A stretch of DNA of 64,000 bases from the NCBI RefSeq assembly GCF_018977255.1, contig NW_024704764.1, positions 7,688,001-7,752,000 of the forward strand, given 5' to 3'. Within the stretch, counting starts at the first letter, position 1. The number at the start of each line of letters is the position of its first letter. Origin of the DNA: Callorhinchus milii. Its lineage: Eukaryota. The translations under genes and the position numbers were made by a program. The notes under the pieces were generated by a model. That model was not told the origin of the DNA, did no database searches, and worked only from the letters and a program-made list of their open reading frames with translations. Of this stretch, positions 36,891 through 47,025 are shown piece after piece.

Positions 36891-39800
36891 TCAATTAAGA
36901 ATTGCAGCTTCGAAGGTGTATGTATTTCTGTTGAAAGGACAAAGGTATTGGTGAAATTTTTAATTGGATCCAATTTGTAGAAAAAAAATGACAGGCATGA
37001 CGACAATACGAAGATATGAATTTCCATAATTAATCTGGAAGAAGTGCAAAAATGGAAGAAGCAGCTAAACGTAGAGATTAAAATAAAGACCAGCGATGAT
37101 AGAAATAGGAAATCCAGAGACTGCATCTGTATTTTGTGGTGCCAATCAACATCTGCTCTGCATCCCATAGTCTAAAGCTTTCAGCAATTGAGTACACAGT
37201 CCAGCAATTTTTAGCAGATGGTTTTTAAGTTACTAAGATTTTAATGATACTTATATGGCTGACTCTTTAATAACATTAAAAAAACTAATTTGTATACTGT
37301 TTTAGAGTTGTGTGTATGAATTGAAGTGCCATTAATGGCCCCAATGCACTGTTTAAGTGCAGGTTAAGAGTCTTGTGCACACACCAGGTTAATGACTTAA
37401 GATGGTTTATGCCCCAGTTACAGGATGTATAAATTGCTTACCTTGAGAGTGTTCTGCCATTGTGAAATTCTTTTATGCAATGACCTGACTTAGAAATGGC
37501 AAAACTCGCTGAGGTCATCGAGATTGAATATCTGTTGTGATGTGGGGGTTTGAATTTAAGATATCTTGAGCAGGAGATCAACTCTGCCGCTAGAATTGTT
37601 GAACTACCCAGGGGTTTGCACTTAAAGGCCATATGTCACAGTGGCAGAGCGGTTCTAACGCATGGTTTAAAAGATCTCATCCAGTTGAAGTAAACACTTT
37701 CGTATTGATGTTACTAAATTTTTCCGAGAAGCATTACACTTGTGTAACAAATAACAGATGGCTGGCAGTGAGATTAAAGACTAATATGCTTGCTAAAATG
37801 TTTGGATGATGTAACAAACTTAGTGATAGGTGGGGGGGGGTGGTGGTGGGGAGACTTTGATTGTTTACATTTGCATACCTAGAGAGTATTCCTTATTTCA
37901 TGTATACGTTATTCAGGCTTTATTTTGTGAGGTTTTGCATTTTAAATTTAGTCGTTGATATTTTACATTCGGTAAACTTTATATAAAACTACTGTATTTT
38001 AAAAGATAAAATTTTTCACCCATTATTAAAATAGTTGATGATTTATCACTTGCTATTTAGTAACATGTTTCTCATCAGATAATGATTTATAATGGGTATC
38101 TCTTTCTTATAAAGTAAATTTGAAAATAAATCTACATGACTGCCAATCGTAAAATTCAAAATGCAGAATTTTTCCTTTTAATAATTGTAACAGAGCTGTG
38201 TTTAGCAATAATGTTGGGATGAATTTTGGTATGTAATCAGATAAGGGTTAGAAAATAACAATTTGTTCCTCTGTTAAGCCTCTTGAATGACACTAATCCT
38301 GGGGTATTTTGCATCTCAAATAGTGCCCCCTTCTCGCTGGAGGTGTGTTGATCTCAGCAGGATGTGATCTGATTCCTTAAGCGTTGAATTGCATACTTTG
38401 TTACGCAACTGGTTTGAAAATGGCAACAAGGAAAATCCGTAGATCGGAACAAAAATCTACATGATTGGATTGGCACTGGGCCAGTGCCTTTTTGCACGGT
38501 GCAGTTGACCAGCCATTTGAATTCTATTGTGTTAACAAGAACCGGCCTCAAGTACAGTCGATGTGAGCCTATCTTCGAGAAATTTAGTGAGGACCCTTTT
38601 GACTGTTCTACAGTAGGATAGGGTTAATTTGAACAGTGAAGATATGCTGCAGTTTTTGATGGCTAGCAATGCTGGCACAAGATGATGCTGTTTGTTGCCT
38701 AATGGAGTCCTTGACATTAACTCTGAGGGATCAACTGTGCAAACAAGTCATGGCTATCCGCCTGTTCTCATTTAAAAATAGCCATACAACGTCAGCTACA
38801 AAAGTACACACTGTATAAATAGCTAGTCTTTTTTAAAAAAAATGGAATTTTAAAGGGGAATGCTACCTTTCTTGTTTTATTTCAAACAAAATACAGGAAA
38901 ATATTGTTAAGTCCTGCGGAACAGTAATGTGCGAGCTTGCAGGATTGGATTTTTTTCCACCTCCTGGTGATCACATGTGGATGTTGTGCAGTGCATTGTC
39001 GGACGGTTGACGTCAGTATGGCAGAATGGTATTCTGTACTATAAAACTTTCCACAGCAACTTTAACGAAAATAAACCTTCAGTTTTATTTGTGTTCAAAT
39101 GCCCTGCAAAGTCTTAGAAGCAAGGTTGCAAAACATAAGCTGGCTATGCTTATGAAATCCTTGTTAAAGGTACTCATTCGTGCAAGAGGGACAGAATTGC
39201 TTTTTGTTTGCCCTCTCGCATCAACCCTCCCCCGGATACTCCTGGACCTAAACATGTTCTATCGTAAAGGGAATTTGTCCATAGTTCAGCAACATGTAGT
39301 TCAGAACTCTTGGTAGGAAATGTGAAGTGGGTTTGTGATCCCAAGTGCAATTTGCACATTGTAAACCAATATGTCTTTTACGTGACTGGGGATTAAAGAT
39401 TCCAAACAATTTATTCCTTTTTAGATATCTTTATAGTTCCCTTTTGAAAGCAATATTCAAGCTCTAGTCACTTAAAATGTGATGAAATACTTCCGCAGTT
39501 TACTGTTGAGTAACCATTTTCTCATTTTTTTTTTAAAACTTGATGGTCAAACTAGGTTGCTCCTGAGCTTTACTCCCAAGCAACTTATATTGGATATATG
39601 GGCAATTTATTTTCTCTTACCAGCCACATTCTGTAACACTATTTTGTAAACATACTGTATGTGGTGTGTGGGAGAGCTCACATCTATTGGAGATGTCTTC
39701 CTGTAATGACTGGTGATTTCCCAGAAAAAACACTCTTGTAGCACAGAACCACTTCAAGAAATTATACATTTGGATTTTGCCCCATATCCATATTTAAGCT

Positions 39801-40619
39801 ACCCAATCTACACTTAAGCATGATTTTAACAGCAAAGCATTGAAATAAAACATAGTCAGAGCTCAATTTCATTTGATCGTCTTGTAGCGTGACAACTTTC
39901 AAGATATATTTTTAAATTTCTCTCTTCTAGGTTTCTGGTGACCAAAATAAACCACTCACTCATTTGTTGGGTTCATTGAGATGTTCAGAAGACATAATAA
40001 ATAATTTGTAATTTACTTTGAAGTGTCCTTTACTCTTGCATTTTCTTGTTTGCTCTTTCTAATTAGTTTACAAGTGAGTTAGCAGTTATTATTAAAATGT
40101 CTAACCAGTTACAATGCTTTGAATGTTCTGTCTGATATCACATTTTTGAGTACTATTCCTGATTTCTTTCTTACCTCAGTACACACTTCTCAAGAATGTT
40201 TTTGACCGATTAATTTGGTCACTTTCCTGTTTACCTCATAAACCATCCTGTTCGCTACCGATCTTAGTAAGTCGTATTACCTCGGAACCCGGATTTTATT
40301 TCTGGCACAGATAATCCAGATTAGTGGCTTTGTCAGTTATATCAGTCAAATCTTATTTTGATAATACTTTTAGTTCATGTATACAAATAGTTTGTTTCTA
40401 TCTACAAGAAATATACATAAGCATTCATTTTTATTCTAAACCTCGAATAATTTACAACTAGTTCAACTCGAAAATAAATAAATCAATAATTGTCATTGTG
40501 TATATTTCCTGACACCACTACAATTTGGAGAGATGTAGATTGTCCCAAATAGTAGCTACTAATATCTCTATTTGATATGATGCCTATCAGGTCAAAGTAC
40601 TATAAAATGTAGGCTATTT

Positions 40620-40886
40620 GTAACTCGTTTACACACAGTATCCCACAAAACAGGCATGAAGCGAGTGAACTATTTTATCTGGTGGATTGTCGGCCTGGAT
40701 GCTGGCAGGAACTCTCAAATAGCACCATGGTCTCTTTAACGACCACCTGAACACGTAGTTTAAAATGCAGAACTCGCCCAGCCCACATTGATTAGTCTAG
40801 ACTATGAACTCAAATTCCTTCGTTGGGTTTGAACCCACAACCTTTTGACTCAGCAGCAAGAGTGCTACCACCTGAGCCAAGCTGAT
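40620..40886 (-). mobile_element. Older tRNA-headed DeuSINE (SacSINE1/LmeSINE-like)
   Basis: The minus strand begins cttggctcaggtggtagcactcttgctgctgagtcaaaaggttgtgggttcaaaccc and contains a Deu-like caggtggtcgttaaagagaccatggtgctatt. Confidence 0.65.
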
Positions 40887-41900
40887 TCCGTAATGGTTCT
40901 ATGTTCAGACCTCATTTCTTTCTCTGGAATTCTTTGGCGACCATATTCAAACGTTTCCCAAGTGCACCACCATTTAGGTTAAATAATGTCCACTCTTGTA
41001 AGCCAAGAATATGTGTTTGGTGGTCATCAAATGAATCCACTTGTTACTTGAAGTTTGTGATTCAAAGTTTATTTAGGATTGAAGTGTGGAATAATAATAT
41101 TAGGATGTCAGTATTCATATCTGCGCTTGTAACTTCTACCATTAATTGTAAATACGGAGTTGAATTCTAAAATAACAGGTTTTGATGTAGAATTTGATTT
41201 ATAAATTTGAAGTTCTCAATGGCTTCTTAACCATTTATCGAAACGGCCTTATCTTTGGAATTGAACGTACTCCTATTGTTAACCTATGGAGATTTTCAAT
41301 GTGATGGGGGTGGGGGGGGATCATAATGAGCTTGCTTTGCGCAACTGAGTATTAAAATGCTTTATGAGCTGATAATAGTATCAACTAAAATTGGAGATGT
41401 ATATAATTCTAAGTCATAGTATAAATAGAATCTCAGTGGGTAGCTATGTAATAGTATTTATAGTCTACTTGTGAGGAAGGCTTTACAGTCTTTCTCATGG
41501 GGATAAAAATGGCTTTCCACAGATACTCATGGACTATCCTATGTTAATTTGGTACTTTGCAACAACATCCATATACATTTAACACTCCTATAATTACAGA
41601 TAAGGCCAAATGTGTCTCGCTTATTCTTAAGAATATGTGACTTGCAGTAGATTTTATGATTTGTTTTTTACTTTGTCAGTTTTTGTCACATGTCCAATTT
41701 TTCAATAACAAATGCAGAATAATTTGAGTTCATTTTGTGTTCAATTTATACTGCTTGCAGCTAGGGGTATGGAGCAGCATATATCATTTATATTTCCCCT
41801 AAAATCAAGCTCAACCCTAAAATTGCATTTGGCAAACGAAACCCTGTGCTAAGGCATCGGGTCGGTGGTTAGCTGTTTCTTAAAAATGCATTTTTTTTAG

Positions 41901-42258
41901 GGAATCCTGCAACACATTGCATAGAGAGCTTGCCTCGCAAAGCGAGAGGACCCAGATTTGATTTCCAGCAGGGATAAAATGTTAGGCAAGCTTCCTTGCT
42001 CCACACGCTTCTGTTTACCTAGCAGTAAGTAGGAATCTGGTTGTTGGTCGATGGGTGGATTGCTTTTCAGGGAGTAGTAGTCCCTTCAAAAAAAAAAAAA
42101 TTTGTCATTCAATCCACGACTGTTTGTGGTACTCTGCTGTGCACCTTTTTACCCACAAAATATACAGTCAATTCACTTTACAGTACATTCTGTGAAGCGC
42201 TTTGAGGCGTCTCAAAGATGTGATAAGACGCGATATCAAATGCAAGGATTTTTATTAA
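41901..42258 (+). mobile_element. Full-length tRNA-derived SINE
   Basis: Same head, body and tail as the 2228 copy. Confidence 0.85.
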
Positions 42259-45227
42259 TTTACAGGCTCACTGCTTTTAAGGATTGCCGAAAAACATTTT
42301 CCAAATTGAGACTGAATTTTAAGAATTTTCGACAGTTTTTCTGCCCAATTTTAATGTTAAGGGCTATGTGCTTTTTTTAGGCTGAAACTAAGTGGAATTT
42401 TGAACCCAGGAGCTGCATCTATGCTGGAGTGCCATATCAGTGCCATGAATTAGATAGCACAGCAAGACCGCCTCCTCCAGGTGTTTTTTTCAGGCAGTTA
42501 GTCTCCAAAGCAATTTGTTTCCAGATTACGAAACCCAAACTCAGTTTATACTGCTTTTTGCACATTGATTCAGCGGTACGAGAAAATCTCAGTATAAACA
42601 GAGCACTTGTCTTCAGTTAAAGAATTGTTTTTGGGGGGTGGGGTGGTGGGAAGGGAGGTAGGGAAGCACTTGTCTCTTTTAACCTTGTTTTTCTGAATAA
42701 GTCACGAGAGCTGTTGTTTTCTGAGAAATGCCCCACAAACCTTTTTCGAGAATCTGTGCATGGAAAAGATTAAATGAGTCACTGGGCGTGTTAGTGAGCC
42801 TTACCTTTGTCAAACAAGGGTAGCCAGGCATGCAGGTCTATACAGCAATGCATGTGAGTCTGCAGACTCAAGTTAAAGCACATGAGTGTAATGGGGGCAA
42901 CAATGATGCATCAGTTCCTCACTATAACCTATTATTTGAATTACAATGCAGTATGAGCCATACTCTGGGGGAAAGGTATGCAAAGTTGATTCAGCTCATC
43001 AGAAATTCTTTTACAATGCAACTCATTCATGCAATCACTGCTCAGTCGCTGTATTGGGTCTTCATATAAATATCGTACAAACTGTATTCCCTATCTTTAC
43101 TGTCCTTTGATTGAATGAAGAATAGAAGTGTCTAGCTTTTGAATTCTTAATGTGAATTGGCATACTGAATGTGTTATTTTTAGGATGTACGGGAACTTTT
43201 GCTTGTAAGGTAGTGTGGTTTCCTCTCATTGCTAGAGCATGACTGCCATGTTTCTGTATTTTTATGTTACTGACTCATTCTTAAGTGGAAATTGAGTACA
43301 TTAAACAAGTTTTTTATATGTGAGTTCGATCAATAATCTCCATAATCTCCATGCTCCACTTAATGCTAATTATTTAATTACTGGTGATTTCCTTTATGCA
43401 CATTATTCCACTGTTTGATTCAATATCTGATGGCCATTACTCTTCCATGGTATCGAGTACAAATTAATGTGAATTGTATGTATTTGCATAAAAAAGGAAT
43501 GTTTTTGAAGACTTTAAATCAGAATCTTTGGGCTTATAAGATGTAATAAGAGTTGTCTTGCACTCAATATTTTCATTATTTAAATCCCTAAATAAAAATA
43601 CATCAGCTCATGATATGTTTTGGGACGTTTGCTATTTTGGCTAATTTGATATGTAATGCACTTAAATAATGTGCTTTAGCAGAACTTTGGGAAAAAATTG
43701 GCATTTTTAGATGTTAAACATGAATTTGTATGCAATTATCTGCAGAAGAGGCATTTGCTGAAGTTATTTGTAGCCAATTGTGGTTGTACAACTCTGATAC
43801 ACAAATTATTGATCCATGTCTTGGTGGTGCCAGAAAGCAAGATGATGATTTTACATTAAGTAATACATTCAAGATTTTTCCATATTGAAAATATACTTGC
43901 ATTTTTAATGCAGCCTATTCCAATTGAATCATTGTAACACACAGTAGATGCTGGTATTGGGGGTACCTTATTCTTTTATGTTTCGCAATATTGGGCATCT
44001 AAACAGTTAAACAAGTTATGGGGAGACTTTGGTAAGTGGGATTTGAGCTGTAATTTACATTTATGACGAGAGGTCTGAAATGCTGTACACTGTCCAGCGC
44101 CTTGGGATGTGAAAGGAGCTATACAAGTATAATCTTCTTGTTGATGATATTCTTAAATTTTAGCCAATGAACAAATTTTAAGTATTAGTAAAGAATTGTG
44201 TGGACATTTGATTTTATAAACTTATAAAATATAACCTTGTATGCATTTAGAGAAGTGTATTGAAAACCAGAATGTAAAGGCCAAATTTGACTTGAGAAGG
44301 GTAACTCGTGTGCGCTAGACCGTGTACATGCCGGTTGCATGACTAATTTACATTTATCCTACTTCCTTTAATCAAGTTAACAGGAAATTAATCCTTTCCC
44401 TTTCTGTCTAACGTATTGGATTGCAAGAGACTTTGATTGTGCTGAAAGAACACAAAAAATTACAGTCATTTTTGCAGTTTTTCATCTGATTTCAATATGC
44501 ATTTTTGAACCGATTTTCTCAGGAATCCTGGTGAGATTATATGATTTTTGACCCTCTAAATCCTGCCTTCAACTCTAATTTACAATAGTCTGCTTCTATC
44601 CAGAATGCCAAGGACGTGTTATCTGCTTTCTACATTGTTGGGGAATTTCATTACAAAATAGAATCATCCGCTCATGCATCTCCTAATGCCAGTGTGATTT
44701 CAACTTCCCCTAATTACAGGGGCCATAGTGGGAGAGCCCTGCTAGCGTTCCTTACCTCACAAGCATTCTAAGGCCAAGAGCAGAATATTTTAAAGCTCTT
44801 AAAGCTGGGAGGGGACTTGGAAGCCGAGTGGGAATGGTGACACTGAGTAGCATTGTGGGGGAGGACAGGCTGCGCTTGGAGAAAATAGGATTTTCCCAGC
44901 ATTTGTTGAGCACCTAAATGTAATAGGATAGAAAGGCACAGTTCGTAATGATCCTTGCTTTTGATATAGCGTCTTTCATGTCAGGAGAACATTCCAAAAC
45001 ACTTCACAAGTGTTTGTTGGTCAAATTCAGAATGATATTGTGTAGAACTAGCTATGATATCAGGATAACAAAATTTTAAACACTTACCGTAGGTGGCTCA
45101 TGATTTTAAGGGATAAATAATAATCCTTCCATTTGATTTGAAGTCTCGAGTTGATATTTTGATCAGATTAATGTCTTACATGCCTTTAAGTATAAGTACA
45201 ATAATTGTTGTACTTATAATAATGTAT

Positions 45228-45575
45228 AATAATCCTTGCATTTGATATAGCACTTTTCATGACTTCTCGACGTCTCAAAGCGCTTCACAGAATAGACTAA
45301 AGTGAATTGACCGTGTATTTATGGGCGAAACGCGGCAGCCAATTGTGCACAGCAGTGAGTGTCCCACAGACAGTCGTGGATTGAAAATGATCAATTTATT
45401 ATTGTTTTTTTGGAAGGATTATTATTAGGCGTGTGGAGTAAGGACACTTACCCAAGGTTATACTTAAGTTCCGCCCACAAATATACGGTCAATTCACTTT
45501 ACAGCATATTCTTTGAAGCGCTTTGAGACGTCGAGAAGATGTGAAAAGCGCTACATCAAATGCAAGAATTATTAT
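45228..45575. mobile_element. Inverted pair of SINE 3' halves
   Basis: Minus copy 45228-~45455 and plus copy ~45472-45575, complementary over ~100 bp. Confidence 0.85.
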
Positions 45576-46324
45576 ATAATTGTTCCTCTAATGAAGTATG
45601 TGCGCTAAAGTACTCTAATGACATCTGCACCCATTGTTTTCTGGAGTGGCTCCGTTGAAATTAGCAGGTGGAAGCTTGGTCTGGTCTCTCAGGCATCTGA
45701 CCGTTAGAAAGGTCAGTACTGATTGGTGTGAAGGAATACTTAACCAATGCTGACTGGGGCTGGGGGCAAACTCCAGACCAGCTCCCAAATTTCCCATCCT
45801 CACTAAACTGTAATTGAGCCACTCTGCAACATGGTCAGCTCCTGACCCAACCAATGTCGCAGGGGTACCATTACAAACAAAATCCCAATTGAATGATATA
45901 ATTCCTGTTAAAATGTAAATGCATCTTTTAGACTTGATGAACTAAACCTCTGATCTGAATTGGCATGGAGTCAGGTTTCCCCCTAAATATAAAGTAACCT
46001 GGAAATATTTTTCTAATGTTTGCACTATGTGTGACTGCTCTCAGAGCTGAGTGCAGCTCCGTTCAATTTAGAGCAGGGACTCGATAATGCTAAACTTGGT
46101 TCGTGTACAAATAATAAATGGTTTGCAAACCTTCAACATGTTTTAAAAGACCTTGGGGTTGCACTTGGCCTATTGAATTTTTTTTTCTCTGAGTGTGATG
46201 CACTTTCTATACCCGCTCTGTTGCCTCATTCCATTTAAACTGAATATCCCGTAGGATTTATCCACTGTTGACAACAATAACCATGGAGTTAAAATGTGCA
46301 CAAGAGCGAGGAAATTATATTTAA

Positions 46325-46430
46325 AAGCCACTGATTGGCTGCGTGTGTTTATATAGATATTCCTCATTCCCCAAGCATACATGGCCTATTTATAGCTGGC
46401 TCCTCCCTTTGTTCTATTTCAGTCTGCTTC
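46325..46430 (+). promoter_or_regulatory. Putative internal (alternative) promoter
   Basis: Reverse CCAAT box CTGATTGGCT (46331-46340), perfect MEF2/TATA-like CTATTTATAG (46386-46395) and Inr TCAGTCT (46419-46425, A at 46421). Confidence 0.6.
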
Positions 46431-46874
46431 AGCCTGTATTATTGTTGATTTGGATGTACATGCACTAGCTTTTATTTGCAGTAGGCAACTTGTATGGTTG
46501 CTTACGTTGCTGGTGAGAGAATTAATCTTTTTGTACTGAATTGTGCCTGTCAATCGACATGAGGTTTTGTTTCAGTGAAGGTCTTTCCCTGTCTAGCCCC
46601 GATGTGGCATGCTGCCTCTTGCTCTCCTTTTGCTAGAACGAAGATGACTGAATGTTTGCTGTAGCGGTGGATTGAAAACCACCAACATTAATGAAGGATG
46701 TTTGCTCCGCTGAGCATTTCAAAGGGCTTGACTGTGTTAAAAATTGTCTGGAAATTTTGTTTCGCAGTTTTCAGCAGCAAAAAGTAAAAGGATAAGACTG
46801 TACCTGGAAGCATCAAAAGTTAAAATATTTGCATACTGCAAGCTGGGAATTGTTCAGTTTTTGATGACTTGGTC

Positions 46875-47025
46875 ATGTTACTGAAGCCCAAAGTGCCTGG
46901 ACTGAAAAAGATGTTACAGACTATTTATGAGACTGAATCGTGTTTCTCCTCAGATGGTGTATCTGGACGAGAGCAGCCTCTGGAACTGTTGACCCGAAGT
47001 CGAATTCACACTATGCCAACCTCAG
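46875..47025 (+). CDS. HDAC5: Alternative first coding exon: MLLKPKVPGLKKMLQTIYETESCFSS fused in frame to exon 3
   Basis: The frame is open from ATG 46875 (second in-frame ATG at 46911) through the exon-3 acceptor. It resembles the remembered HDAC5 isoform start MLLxPxxxGLxxMLQTIYETESCFS. Confidence 0.72.
46954..47025 (+). CDS. HDAC5: Coding exon 3 (72 nt, phase 1-1): (D)GVSGREQPLELLTRSRIHTMPTS
   Basis: Acceptor tgtttctcctcag| and donor CAG|GTAAGC; the peptide matches the class IIa HDAC4/5 N-terminal motif DGxSGRx. Confidence 0.88.

Larger units (their letters stand above)
9960..47025 (+). other. HDAC5: 5' portion of a class IIa histone deacetylase gene (HDAC5-like); continues past exon 3, with exon 4 not found in the window
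   Basis: Splicing exon 2 (ATG AGC TCT CCA GAT AAC ACA G|gt) to exon 3 (ag|AT GGT GTA...) gives MSSPDNTDGVSGREQPLELLTRSRIHTMPTS. This is colinear with remembered HDAC5 (MNSPNESDGMSGREPSLEILPRTSLHSIPVT) and HDAC4 ([31 protein letters not shown]). The upstream in-frame MLQTIYETESCFS matches a remembered HDAC5 alternative N-terminus and favours HDAC5. Confidence 0.82.
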
